64,000 nt of DNA, from assembly GCA_030141605.1 (NCBI GenBank), contig JAQGDQ010000626.1:40059-104058 (forward strand), written 5' to 3'. Made by a program: the position numbers and the translations under genes. The first letter of the stretch is position 1, and every line of letters starts with the position of its first letter. The notes below the pieces were generated by a model. It saw only the letters and a list, made by a program, of their open reading frames with translations, had not been told where the DNA came from and did no database searches. Shown one piece after another: positions 47,771 through 63,391 of this stretch. Origin of the DNA: Tubiluchus corallicola. Taxonomy: Eukaryota; Animalia; Priapulida.

Positions 47771-50700
47771 ACATTTTGTATGTTGCACTTCCAAAGTTCT
47801 CTCTTCACTGAGAATTAGATCCTTTTAAAAAATCAAGGCCTATTCCATGCATCTTCGATTAGTGAAAATTGGGATAAATAATGAGCGTACCAAATAATGA
47901 TCCTAAGGCTTGCCATTCCTGTTATTTAAGAGATTTTTACTTGAGCCACTAATCATTGTAGATGATGTTACTAATCCTTGTTGCACATACATGTAATTCA
48001 CTCTCAGGGGAGAGGGGAATAGACCCACCCCCGCAGGCAAGATGAAAAGTCACGTGACTGATTAATTAGCTGTAGAACGGCACTCTAATAGAACAAATTT
48101 AATATGATCTTTAAACTAGAATATTTTCCATGTACTACTTTTCCATTTGTGGCAGTGACTTGAAAGGTACGCGAATCATTAAAATTCAGTCTAGTTAATT
48201 CTGTGCGCACGAGTAAATAGTTAAAGGAAGACAGGATGATTTTTCGTATACTATCTCATTTTCATGTACGATAAAAAGAATACATTTTAACACGATTAAC
48301 ACTGCAAAAGTGTTTCTGATAGTTAAATAATAAATTAAAATCTTAATTGACGGCGGGCGAGCTCATCTATTGATGACCTCACAAACTAACATAATTTTCT
48401 ACAGCAAAACATTCTACGAGGGTGTTGCACGTGTTTGCAGAAGCGAAAATTGAAGTACTGTGCTACTATAAGATATTCAGTGTGTTGTACTAAAACTAGG
48501 CAAGATTTAAGATAAAAATTCAAATTTCAAATTTACCGCTGTGCTCACGCATGAGCTGTCGAACGTGTGAAATTCGTCACAAACTAACACATCCGAACTG
48601 AGAGGTACAGCACTTGTTTTTTGTGCAACGCGTTTTCGAAATGCAGGCGCTAGTGCCCGTCTCACAATCGAACGGCAATATGCATGTAACAGCGAAGAAC
48701 TAGTGACGTGAACGCGATATTGCATTTGTGTGGCAATAATTGTTTCACGTAACTCATTTTTGAAGAAATAGCACGTTTCCTTTCATTATTTTAAAGACTA
48801 GATTGTTTTGACCTGCAGTTTAAGATTGGGTTCGGTTTGCTGATTATGCAGCCTGATTGTGCTTCACCATGTTCACTTACCTGTGCTATAATGTGCTTGT
48901 TTTATATGACAAACTTTACACAACTACATATACTGTGAACACCATGAAGGGGTTTTGGTGAAGTTTGAACCTTATAAAACTATTTATTACGACAGCAGAA
49001 TCATTAAACACGATATTACTGCCGTAGCTGATATATTAGCCGCTAATGACGCTGTAAAGGAATGTATAGATAGACTATGTATAGAAGTATGTATAGACTA
49101 ACCAATTAATCGAGATATTTGGCTATTATTCGCGGAAAATGAATAAACTCTTGAAACTCTTTAAAAAAAAAGAAAAGAAAAGCAAGTCATAATTTCTAAA
49201 TTGTTACTAATATGAACGTAAGGCTCTCTATATCAGACCCTCAAATGCCATGTTTCTTTAAGCTTGTATTCGTATATAATCCATCGCTTTTTTTCAGCCA
49301 ATTTTTGTAAGCGCGTATGTCTCTTCCTAGTGCAGAATTTTCATGCACATAAGTGCCTAAATGTAGAGAAAGTGAAGGCAGCATGTGTTCCTGGTTGAGT
49401 TGTTAACCCTCCAGGGTGCAAACTGGGTACTATTCGCACCCCGGTGAAAACACCACTAATGTTGCTAACATGAGATACGCCCACTGGTTTGCTCTCTAAC
49501 CTCATTTTCTGCAATTCCCTTTCTTCGGCGATAGTAAAATCGATAATAAATTGATTACTAAAATCTTGTCTGCGAAGTTTGATGATACGCTGGAGGGTTA
49601 AATAGACAAACAGCTGCCCAGGGCTGTGAGTGAAACCTGTAGTTCTTGTATTTTGAGTTATGTGTGTTTGTGTGGACACGTAATTATCTAGACATGAATA
49701 TTGATCATTGATTAATGTAATATACTTACACATTAAATATTATGTGCTACACGTAATGTAATAGAAATTACGAAAGATTAGCTGTTCTTACTGGACTAGG
49801 AGCATACTATTATATGTTTATGCTATACCTACATACAGCATAAAAGATGACTTCGCCCACGCTTGTGTTTGTATTACGCAAAAACACATTGTATTAGCTT
49901 ACAGTAGGGGACTGATCACGCAATAATAATTCTACGTTTATACGTTTATGGGCGTTCAGAACCAGAGCGAGATTAATCAGACTTGCTCTCGCCCCCCCCC
50001 CCGAATTTTGTTCCGATACTTTAAATAATATCTTTGCAATGCCAAGGTTTTCCAAAGTAATGCCGCTAGCCTTGTGGTAGAATCACTAGAATGCTTCTAT
50101 CGTGGAAATGTTTTTACTATTTCGATGCAAGAGGTATTGTAAAATGCAATAAAATTTATAAAAAAGATGAAATGTAATAAAAGGCGCTTTTATTACCATT
50201 TCAAAAACAAAATTACGCTTCGTTAGATAGAAATTATCAGTTAATAATTAATCTATCGTTGAGTAGACTTGCACCACAGACATAGCATTAGATTGTATTG
50301 TCCTAATTATTTTTCTTCTGTTACAAGACGCTTACGGTACTATTCAGTGAGTTGTCGTGTGACATAAATGAACATAACAGATTTCTTCTAGTCTCCTGCG
50401 ACGTTCATTGGATTAGCTAAATAATCTTCTCATTTTCTGCCATTGCTGCAACAACAAACTGGATTCTTCCGGCATAATTACTCAGCATGAGAATAATAAA
50501 AGACGACTTGTCTTCTTACCTTACTGAATGATTTTAGTTAGTAAACTACTTGGACCCATCAGGTTTAAATTACTTTTTCTTGTCAGTATTCAGTGGTCTG
50601 ATACGTCAATCGTTTTTTAATTCATTGACACACCGTCAACTTTACTTGTCCCAGGTACAGTTCACTTACTATAGTCGTGACTTATGTCATGGGGTTTTTT

Positions 50701-50908
50701 TGGTTATTTTCCCCACTAATGGGAAGTTTAATCTCTGTTGCAAAAAATTACAGGAAATTCGTTGATGATTTGAGACTTTAGTAAGAGTTCGCTTAACTGC
50801 AGTGGGAGGCGTGCCTTGAATGGCCAAGACGCTGGTTATCGTGAGGTTTCGTGAAGGCTTGTTACTGTTTTTACCTAAGATTTTGCAATCTTCTTGGAAC
50901 TCATGCAG

Positions 50909-50938
50909 TTCTTTCTTTCTTTCTTTCTTTCTTTCTTG

Positions 50939-50973
<35 letters not shown>

Positions 50974-51123
50974 TTTCTTGTCTTTCGTTCTCTCTCTCTC
51001 TCTTTCTCTCTCTCCCTCTCTCTCTCTCCGTCTCTCTCTCTCTGCCTGTCTCTCTCCTCCCTCCCTCCCCCCTCTCTCTCTCTTTCTCTATCTCTCTCTC
51101 TCTCCCTCCCTCTCTCTCCCTCT
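50909..51123. repeat. (CTTT)n/(CT)n polypyrimidine tract
   Basis: Direct reading. Confidence 0.95.
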
Positions 51124-53482
51124 GGTAGCCATGGTGGTGAGGGGCAGTGGGCGTCGTTCTCCTGGACTGAAAAACTACGCGTTTACAGTTCAATATTTTA
51201 TACACGAGTTCCTTCACCAGCTGTGACTATTGTCTACAAACTCTATACAGTGGTAATTTATGTTTTGTTTTGTCAGGTGTTTTTGTGTCTGATCAATACT
51301 CATTAACATGGCACTTGATTTATTGCACTACTGAAATTTAATACAGATCCCATGACGTAACGAGCTTTCTTGCTGGCGCCGGAGTTTCGTCACGAATCCA
51401 GTACACTCGGTGCTGGAATATTTTCTTGTATCCCCGGGATAGGTAGCTCCCTGGGTGAGTGCATTCTGGCAGTGATGCGCTAAAACTAATAGCACAGCAG
51501 ACCAGAAGTACGTGTAGAAAGGTTTAATAAAGAAAGCTGTGGTGGCAGTTTGTATTTTAAAAAGATTTGTTTGCTTTTTGTAGATTGAACTAATTACTGA
51601 GATGTTCGATTGGGAAAGAATGTTAACATTGAAGAGTAAAAATTTGTGCTGAATAGGAACAATATGGGCTATTAATAGTATTGAAAACTAAATCTAGTGT
51701 AAGACCTGAACATTACATCAATTTACGTGGAAAATGCTTCCCGGTAACTCCACACCCAATGCCTGTAAATTCAACACCCATCTTACCCAGAACATTATCC
51801 ACAACTTCAGTACCCAAAATCTCAAAGAGGTGTCATCAAAATTGATGCGCCTTCTTTCTTGTAGTGTTTCTTTCGAGCTGTCCACGTGGTTCTTAGGTTC
51901 ACGCCAGGGATGAGAATGAGGAATTCCGAGTTTTTGGAAGACCAGTAGTGCCATTTTTGTAAATCGTGTAAATTCGTTGAGAAAACTTTTACATACCCAG
52001 TACATTATTTCACAAACTGACCGCTAGTTGGCAGGCCGTCAGTTTGTTTACATCACGTACATCAGTGTAACCACGTGTAGATCTCTATGTATAAAAATAT
52101 AGAATCAATTGTGCGGAGTTATTTGAGTCAATTGCAGACAGTTTTTATATACTTTTGCATAGGAGCAGCCAGTACTTTGACGTTTTTGAGACAATTAGGT
52201 ATCATGTATCCGTGATAGTTGGGTATTTTAAATTATGCATGAAACAAGGTAATTGATATTTTAAGTCCACTTAGAGGCTCTCTATGGTCACAAAATTGCA
52301 ATTTGTTGCTGGCTCCCGTTGAACTCCATTGGAGGGCCTATGCGGCCCCAAAACCCCCGGCCTGTTTCAGAGTTTTTTTTTACAATTTGTCATTCTCATC
52401 CCTGGTTCACGCACACTGGCTGTTTGAAATTGAAAGTAAATCGATTGTTGTACATTCTTCATTTTTCCAAGTCTCTGGCTTCAACACTGCAAGGGATTCG
52501 AATCAAGATGTGTATCACTAATTCCTAAAGCACATTTTCATTCACTGCCTGTATTCGGGGAGATGTTTCCTCATATTCACTTTAACCGCGAGCGTTATTT
52601 TACAAATCACCACTTCTGACTCTGAACGCGCGTACGTTGGATTCTCTTTTGTCTATTGTTCATTCGTTGCGCACGTGTATATGAGAAACATTATAGGGGT
52701 GTAACTAGCTTGATAAGTACATCCATGTTTTACTTGGTCTCCTGTTGCACGGTGGCTGTGACCCGAGGCCTAAAAGCGTGTTATTTGTATGATGACCATT
52801 ACCGTGTTCGCAAAGTGTTGCTTAAAGCACAAGAAAACCCTTCATAAACATGAAGCTTAAAAAATTCGTTTTGAAATTTTATATCACTTACATAAAACAT
52901 GTAAATTTAAACTCCCGCGATGACCGTTAGACGCAGCCATTTTCACGACAAGTCATTTGAAACAAGTTTAGATTACATTTTGTAAAGTTTGAAAAATAAT
53001 CAGAGTATTCGTAGCGCACAAGTCACTAACTAAATAAAATTTAAAATTACTGTATCTTGTCAATAAGATTAAAAATACGTTTTTTGGTTACTGAGTGGTG
53101 CACCCTGGAGGGTTGAGTCAGCGACATTTTACCAACTGGTGAAAATATTTTAAATAATTAATAATTTTCTTTTCTAGTTACATAAGTCTTTCTAGTAGGT
53201 AAGCGAAAATCTAAGTAATATAGATTTGCACGGAAAGTCTTTTGAGACATAATTTAACATTGCCTTTTCTTCCCCTGATTTACGTTTAGTACATGACGTC
53301 ATGTAATGGCGACTTCGGAACAGTATTGGGGGAGATTTAAAATGAACAAACTAAAATTTCTTTCAGCGTGAGTAAGATATACGCATAAAATTGCTATAAA
53401 GTATTATAATTTTTAAGGCGATTTTTCTGAAACCTATTTCAGGTGCCCCTTTTCTTGTCCTTTAAATGAGTAGAGTATTGTG

Positions 53483-54907
53483 TGTAGTAAGTTTGGTAGA
53501 AGTAAATTTGGTCCTGGTCACTTTCGTACGAAGAAATTCTTGTACCGGGAAAATTTCCTGCTAGGAACATTTGGTGCATGGAAATTTTGGCACTGGGAAA
53601 ATTGGGTGCTGGTAAATACAGTAGGTAACGGTAGCTACAATACTGACGAAGTTTTGTCAAGTATTTTTGGTGCAAGTAATCTAGTACAAGGTAAAAATAG
53701 TACGAAAAAAGTAAATACAGTAGGTACTGGTAACTATAATACTGGCGAAGTTTTATCAAGTATTTTTGGTACAAGTAATCTAGTACAAGGTAAAAATAGT
53801 ACGAAAAAAGTAAATACAGTAGGTACTGGTAGCTGCAATACTGACGAAGTTTTGTCAAGTATTTTTGGTACAAGTAATCTAGTACAAGGTAAAAATAGTA
53901 CGAAAAAAGCTTTTAACACTAGAAAAGTTTGCTACCGAGAAAATTTGGCACCATAAAAATAGCTTTTTTATAATCTACTCAACAAAGTTATGGATGTTTA
54001 TATTGTTACATTTTCTTTTTATTTTGTTTTTTTTTGTTCATTCATTTGTTTGTGTTTTTTATTATTTTGTTATTGTTGTTTCTCTGTTTTTTACTCTCTT
54101 TTGTTGTTATCATCATCATAATTGCTGTGGCCATTGTTACTTACGTTGTTTTGTTGCTGTTGTTGTTGCTGACATCGTTGCTGTGCCTGCTGCTGCTGTA
54201 GTTTATTCGTCTCTTGCTTGCTGTTTTTGTTATTATCTTCATCAGCATCATTATTATAATCATCATCATCATCATTGCTGTGGTCATTGTTAGCTTTCTT
54301 TTTTGTTACTGATGCTGTTGCGGTTACCATTGTTGTCCTTCTTTGCTGTTGTTGTTGTTGTCAACATTTTGTCGTCGACGATGCTGCTGCTGTTGTTGTT
54401 GTTATCATTATTATTGTCGTCATCATCAGCATCGTCGTCATTGCTGTTGTCGTTGTTACATTTATTCTTTCCTTGCTGTTATTGTTGCACTTATTTTGTA
54501 AAAGAGGTACAGAGGTGCTCTCTTTTCTGTTTAGTACCATTATTTCCTATACCAAACTTTCCTAGTTCAAGATTTTCCTGATACTTAGTACCAAAACGTT
54601 CCCTATATAATACGTTCTCCTACTACCAAAAATTCCTTGTACCTAAAGATCGTAGTACGAAATTTACCTGTACTGAAATTTCCATGCACTGAAAATTCTT
54701 TGTACCTAAAGATCGTAGCACAAAATTTAGCTGCACCGAAATTTCCATGTACTGAAAATTCTTTGTACCTAAAGATCGTAGTAGGAACTTTACCTGTACA
54801 GAAATTTCCATGTACTGAAAATTCCTTGTACCACATTTCCTTAGTACCAAGCTTTCCTTGTACGAAATTTAGCGGTACCTAACTTACTTGCACCAAACTT
54901 TCCTACC
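53483..54907. mobile_element. Foldback-like element with imperfect long TIRs and internal 99-bp (x3) and 63-bp (x3) repeats
   Basis: Left end GTAGTAAGTTTGGTAGAAGTAAATTTGGTCC approximates the reverse complement of the right end GGTACCTAACTTACTTGCACCAAACTTTCCTACC. Arms are built from ~10-bp AAATTT/GTAC modules around a low-complexity (TGT/CAT)n core. Confidence 0.55.
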
Positions 54908-54964
54908 TTCATAGAGTATTTAGCAAAGGACAATTCTATTGCTATTCAAATAATCACTTGTTTC

Positions 54965-55150
<186 letters not shown>

Positions 55151-55599
55151 ACTATGATAACATTTACCTCTTATGTTCTTACTAATACCCTGTCTTTCAT
55201 TTACGCGCCTACTTGACATACATTAATTTGTGTTTCTTCTGAAGAACCATTTTACATTGATTAAACCATCGTAAAACTCCTTTCTACACTGTATGTAGTA
55301 CAATTTGGAGGTGGCAAATTCACAAATTGCCCATGTTAAACGCCTAGCATAAATGTTGAAAATGTTTTTCTTCATACGCATTCTATGACGTAATGCCAGA
55401 CTCCCGTGGCCGTAAATGATGAAAACAAATTACTTCGATATCTAAAACAAAAACAAATTGATATCTGTGTTCATTGATAAAAATTTGTTTTCTTAAAAAT
55501 TTTAACAACAAAAAGCTTTTTTCATTAATCAGAAACCTACAGTGTAGTCTGTCTTATACACATACTGAATTTTAGAATAAATGGTTAAGCAAACGAGTC

Positions 55600-56990
55600 A
55601 GTGAATTAAAACATTGAATTAATAAATGAGCGAATGAGTAAATCAGTGAATAAATGGATGGACGACTGACTGACCGGCTGACTGACTGGCCGACCGACCG
55701 ACTGACTGACTGACCAACTGACTGAGCGACCGACGGACGAAGGGAGGAAGGAATAAGTGAATGAATGTGTTAATAATGAGCCTGTGAATTAATTAATGAA
55801 TAAAAACATTGAATCAATAAATGAGTGAATGAGTAGATCAGTGAATAAACGGATGGACGACTGACTGACTGACTGACTGAGCGACCGACCGACCGACGGA
55901 CGAAGGGAGGAAGGAATAAGTGAATGAATGTGTTAATAATGAGCCTGTGAATTAATTAATGAATAAAAACATTGAATCAATAAATGAGTGAATGAGTAGA
56001 TCAGTGAATAAACGGATGGACGACTGACTGACTGACTGACTGACCGACCGACCAACCGACGGACGGATGAAGGGAGGAAAGAATAAATGAATGAATGAGT
56101 TAATAATGAGCCTGTGAATTAATTAATGAATAAAAACATTGAATCAATAAATGAGTGAATGAGTAGATCAGTGAATAAACGGATGGACGACTGACTGACT
56201 GACTGACTGACCGACCGACGGACGAAGGGAGGAAGGAATAAGTGAATGAATGTGTAAATAATGAGCCTGTGAATTAATTAATGAATAAAAACATTGAATC
56301 AACAAATGAGTGAATGAGTAGATCAGTGAATAAACGGATGGACGACTGACTGACTGACTGACCGACCGACCAACCGACGGACGGATGAAGGGAGGAAAGA
56401 ATAAATGAATGAATGAGTTAATAATGAGCCTGTGAATTAATTAATGAATAAAAACATTGAATCAATAAATGAGTGAATGAGTAGATCAGTGAATAAACGG
56501 ATGGACGACTGACTGACTGACCGACCGACGGACGAAGGGAGGAAGGAATAAGTGAATGAATGTGTTAATAATGAGCCTGTGAATTAATTAATGAATAAAA
56601 ACATTGAATCAATAAATGAGTGAATGAGTAGATCAGTAAATAAACGGATGGACGACTGACTGACTGACCGACCGACCGAGCAACCGACGGACGGATGAAG
56701 GGAGGAAAGAATAAATGAATGAATGAGTTAATAATGAGCCTGTGAATTAATTAATGAATAAAAACATTGAGTGAATGAGTAGATCAGTGAATAAACGGAT
56801 GGACGACTGACTGACTGACTGACTGACTGACTGACTGACTGACTGACTGACTGACTGACTGACTGACTGACTGACTGACTGACTGACTGACCGACCGACC
56901 GACCGACCGACCGACCGACCGACCGACCGACCGACCGACCGACCGACCGACGGACGGACGGACGAAGGAAGGATGGAATAAATGAATGAC
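55600..56990. repeat. Composite minisatellite, ~150-170-bp units with an embedded variable (GACT)n(GACC)n tract, ~8 copies
   Basis: AATAATGAGCCTGTGAATTAATTAATGAATAAAAACATTG recurs at ~55772, 55935, 56102, 56257, 56420, 56567 and 56730. Confidence 0.9.
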
Positions 56991-57699
56991 ACGTAATATC
57001 ACTTTCACCACAAGCAATAACAGTTCTGCATAAATTTTACTCATGAACTGTTGAGTGTTGAGTTTATACAAAAATGTCATTTTTAGCACCTCTGTTATTA
57101 CGGGTAGGATCGTGAATACCTGCACGCGTGTATTCACACACCAAAAGCATGTTGTCATGGAAATACAGCAAGCATGATTAACGTCTTGTATCTAGACTAA
57201 AATGCTGCGGCGGATGTTGTTATTTTGAGAAAATTAGCTATTTCAGTTTCTGAAGAAAAACGTTGATCGGTTAAATAAGTTCTGTCTTCTCCGTGTCTTC
57301 ATAAAGTTGTTTATAAAGCATCTCACATTGATAAAATCGTAGCCATTGATAAAATAATTAGAATTTGATTCATATTTTGTTTGCCAAATGCTGCTTGAAC
57401 GTCCGTGCATTCAATTTTTAAAAGCTACAGAAGCTTTCATCATTTTAATACACGTGGGGGGAGGGAGGGGAGGTGAAAACAAAATGTTGAAAAAAGGAAC
57501 GCATGCTTCAAAGTCAAGCAGTCCTTTAAGATTTTAAGATTTAATATTTTATTTCAAACTTCACAAAGTTCATATACACATCACAAATTAATACAAATAA
57601 TACAATAAATCATAACACACAACAATAACACAAATAACAATTAACGATATAATAAACTACGCTAATGACGTCTAATTACAGAAGTAAAGTTTGCATCAC

Positions 57700-58110
57700 T
57701 GTTTAAAATGTTCTTGCATATGAAATTTTAAACTCTTATTCAGCCTGACGTGTAAACTGTATGCACATTTTCTGTGAATCACATTAAAATAAATAATATT
57801 TAGTCTAGTAGAAATATATCTAGCGCTCGTATCATATGACAAGTTAAACAGCTTCCGTGTTGATACATTATATGCAACCTTGAGTTTGCTAAGATTGTAA
57901 GAAAAAAATGTCTCCAAGTGGACACACAATAAAAAGTAGTGGAGTAAGCATTAAACAATTGTCTCTTCACGTTAACTGAACAGTGAGTAAATTTCATGAG
58001 TAATTTATTTGCTCTACCATAGTAAATTGAACATTGTCGTAATATATCTAAATCATCTCTATTGTCATCTGATAAAATATGACCCAGGTATTTTTCCTTT
58101 TTACTAGGTA
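57700..58110 (-). mobile_element. RTEX-like LINE 3' fragment (frameshifted)
   Basis: KYLGHILSDDNRDDLDILRQCSIYYGRANKLLMKFTHCSVNVKRQLFNAYSTTFYCVSTW, then LSKLKVAYNVSTRKLF in another frame. Same family as 16470-16940. Confidence 0.75.
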
Positions 58111-58609
58111 AAAAACTTTTACACTGTAAAACAACAGACCCAAAAGTAAACTGCTGCATGTGGGCTGAGCGAAACGTGACAAGTCACACAGTCTGTAGAC
58201 AGCTGTTGGTTCGGTGACTTGTCTTAGAGGCACTGATAATGACATAGGTACCAGTCCTGCCTACAAAGAGAATTTTAAAGTACGTCTCAAAAGCTTTCCA
58301 TGCAAAGTTATATATCACTTACCTGTTTGAAAGGCGTATGTAACCGAAAAAGAAAATTCTTGTAAATTTAAAATGTTTGCGGTAAAACGTTACTGACTCA
58401 TCAAAAAACATATCAATCTTTTTGACAAGATAAAGAAATTTGTATTTTTGCTTAGTTTGTGAAGTGTGCGCAACGAATTTTTTTCGAACTTTACAGAATG
58501 TCACTGCCAGGGAGCACCATTCGCGAGAGTTTATGCAGCGTTGCTGTTAATGCAACCTCTGTATGCAATAAGACAGCTCGTACGTGATACAACAGTTCAA
58601 TGCGAAAAA

Positions 58610-58985
58610 GCCTTTCCACAGTTTTCGTTGTGCGCATGCGCTGATGCTAATAGGTCAAAGGTTAAGTGCACCACAGAAAAAGAGTCTTAGTTACAACCGT
58701 CACGTGACATGTGGATAAAGCAAAGCCAGCTGCCGCGTCAGTTCAGTAACGTCAATTGTTTTACGTTGGATTTTACTTAATTGTGCAGTTAGTCTGTACG
58801 TAGATTGATTTACTAGCAGGATCTTGTTTGGGAACAAGAAAAAATGAACTAGGTAAGATTCTAGCTAGCTGTTAAAATTGTTACTGTTACAACACCTTGG
58901 GCTGCGAGGCGTTGTCAAGTGTACACTTAACCTTTGACCTTTTCACGATCATCATCAATCGCTGAAGCTGTGAATAGGCTTACTT
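58610..58985 (+). mobile_element. Family Z dispersed repeat
   Basis: Matches 880-1030 directly and 27965-28330 in reverse. Confidence 0.65.
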
Positions 58986-59175
58986 TTTGAGTTTTATCTT
59001 TTAAGAATCCGCCTTTTGTTGACCTTTAACGTGGCTAAGACCATAATTATGTGTCAGTTGACTATCATGAATAATGAGCTAGGTTCCAATCCAGCTGCAA
59101 CTAGCAACTTAATGTTTATTAGGCTGGCCTTTGAGTGCTCGATACCCTCTTACAAGTTCCGAACTGTATTAAATT

Positions 59176-59679
59176 CTTCTTCTTCTTCCCAGCTTTTCCC
59201 TACTCGCAGTCGCCGTTGTGAATGAGTCTTCTCCACGCATTCCTGTTGTTGACCATCTCTTTATTTATGTCTTCCCTTCCCACATGATCTTCACCAACTC
59301 TTCTTTTCAGGTGTCCATACCATCGCAATCTTGCGAGGCTTCCACTACTTTTACTGTTCCTCTGATATTATTATTTCTAATTTTATCTCTTCTTGTTATT
59401 CCCACCATCCAACTCAACATCCTCATCTCCACCACATCCATTTTCTTCTCTTCGGTCTTCTTTAGAGAAGCTGCTTCCAGCCCATAGATTAGAGCAGGTT
59501 TGACCACTTCTTTGCGGACTTTCCCTTTAAGTCTCCCCGACTCATTCTAGAAAGTTTTGGCGCAGTTTTTACAGGCGGATGCCCTTCCTGATCATAACCC
59601 TCCCTATTTATCCGGGCTTGGGACCGGCACTGAGTTGGGCTGGCTTGCACCCCCCCCCCCCCCCCAGTGGCTAGGTTTG
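59176..59679 (-). mobile_element. Complete non-autonomous bipartite RTE element (5'-UTR-like head fused to ORF end and 3' tail)
   Basis: 16-bp TSD CGAACTGTATTAAATT at 59160-59175 and 59680-59695. (GAA)n tail. Internal VKPALIYGLEA...MDVVEMRMLSWMVGITRRDKIRN is an RTE C-terminal motif. Confidence 0.85.
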
Positions 59680-60060
59680 CGAACTGTATTAAATTAATAC
59701 AATGAAATACTCAAATGTTTTTCAGTTTAAAATGTCGTCTTCCCCATTCAGCATTATATAGCCGCGGTTTTCCGTTTACTTAAATTCTATAAATGCTCGA
59801 TCAATAAGTACGCCCGTTTATGTGCTTCTCCGTTGTATTGAAATGAGAAGAATTTTGATTTTCCGATAAACTTGCCTAATGTGTTGTGGGGCTGACAGCG
59901 GCAGAGGCCGTCTAATTAAAGAATTTTATTCTCACTCATGTTCACGAAGCTGCAGGCAGCATAGGTGAAAAACCTGTTTTAGCCTAGTTCTTTAATCACA
60001 GTATATTAAGTACCTATACCCGAGCTTTTTCGTGAACGTTGCGTTTACCTGAAAAGGACA

Positions 60061-61560
<1,500 letters not shown>

Positions 61561-62017
61561 TTGATGTATGACTCTCTTTTCACTTTTTGGTACAAAAAGA
61601 AGATGTTGTTTAAAAATGAACAAAAAATTTGTGAGCAGTATAAATTGTACTTCTTTTCGATTTACAACTAAAATGCAATGAAATTGTGATAAAATATTAC
61701 ATTTTTAGGTTGTAGTTTTTAATTTGCAATATTAGAACAGATCGATTTGGAATTACAATAATTATCATTACGAAAAATGCAAAAATTAGCGTCAAATTTA
61801 GTATTGCAGTGGATCATAATAATTTGAAAATTGCAAATTAATCGTCGTCAGTCATCGTAGATGTAGGAAAAGCGTTCAACTACCATATCGCTAGTGCCAT
61901 AAGCTTGGAAGTAAATTCGGTTAGTTTAAACATATTTTATTATAGGATTGGATCAGACAGTTTGAACAACATGATTTAGGATCCTCACCACAACAGACTT
62001 TATACACCATTTACAAA

Positions 62018-62388
62018 AACATTTACAGTAAGAATAGACTATAACTACACAAGCTGACAAGTTTTACTGCAAGACTACATTAGACATTAGTAACATTTAC
62101 AGTAAGAATTGACTATAACTACACAAGCTGGCAAGTTTTACTACAAGATTACATTAGCCATTAGTAACATTTACAGTAAGAATTGACTATAACTACACAA
62201 GCTGACGAGTTTTACTACAAGATTACATTAGACATTAGTAACATTTACAGTAAGAATAGACTATAACTACACAAGCTGACAAGTTTTACTACAAGATTAC
62301 ATTAGACATTAGTAACATTTACAGTAAGAATAGAATATAACTACACAAGCTGACAAGTTTTACTACAAGATTACATTAGACATTAGTA
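62018..62388. repeat. 74-bp minisatellite, ~5 copies
   Basis: Unit AACATTTACAGTAAGAATAGACTATAACTACACAAGCTGACAAGTTTTACTACAAGATTACATTAGACATTAGT. Confidence 0.95.
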
Positions 62389-62453
62389 GAAAATGACGGT
62401 TAGAAAATATTAATGTACGAATATTTAAGACTGATGCATTACATATATAGAAA

Positions 62454-62730
62454 CTACTGGAAGCGTTTAGTACGTAATATAAAGTCATGTATACATTGGA
62501 ATATTTTACAGTAAGTAACATAGTTAAATTCATCTTTACCGAATAATAACAACTTCAACAGAGCATTAGTTCCTAAGGCAGCTATATTAAGGTTTTCAGG
62601 CAGAAGTATTTCATTTAATTTATCAAACATAAAAACCCTAGTTTGTTGATACAATGGGCAGTGCAACAAAAAGTGTTCAACAGACTCAAATTGAAATCCA
62701 CACTTACAATTCGGCAATACTGGATGACCG
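62454..62730 (-). mobile_element. LINE ORF2 C-terminal CCHC zinc-knuckle fragment
   Basis: CKCGFQFESVEHFLLHCPLYQQTR...LLFG...IHDFILRTKRF*. Confidence 0.75.
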
Positions 62731-63391
62731 TTATTAACAGCCTTTAGAGAAAAGGTTAAATGTGGGTTAAATTCGGTTAAAAATAGTCAAATTTAATGAT
62801 CGTCAAATCAGCGCGAGAATCGATAATTAAAAAATTAAACGATTTTGCCGCGATACGCCGTTTCAAATGCATCTGATAAAATTTGTATTAATGTAGGTAT
62901 GAGATTATATTTCTTATTCTGCAGATCTGTCTCTGATAATCTATCTGCCAGTAAAGTGGAAATGCCCGTCGGGGGTGGCGTATCTGATACCATCCATAGT
63001 GATGCCTATAATGCGTTTTCGGGGGTAATAAGTCATAAGTCGTTTATTTCAGTAATTATGAAATGCATGTTGATTACAGCAGAGTTTCGTAAGCTAACAC
63101 GTTTGGCAATCTTTTGAATTGCAGAGAGCGAAACTGACATCCTGCGGAAATGGGTCTTGCGACTTTTTAGCGGTGCATAAATTGACATCTTTTGCTGCAA
63201 ACTTTGCCTTAATTTCAATATTCGTGTTATTGCGCTGCAACCAATTTGACAATGAAAATATGGACGTTTCTCCGTGATAGAGGACAGTGATCGTTTAATG
63301 GTTTTAACTGAACTGACGAAATTTTTTAATATCTGTAACTGTAAGCCAAATCGTAAAAAAAATTATACGTGTTACATTTCTGAATTTTTCA

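Noticed and set aside
51718-52005. Protein-like minus-strand ORF, possibly a nested gene
   Set aside because: No recognisable motif, partner exons or convincing splice sites.
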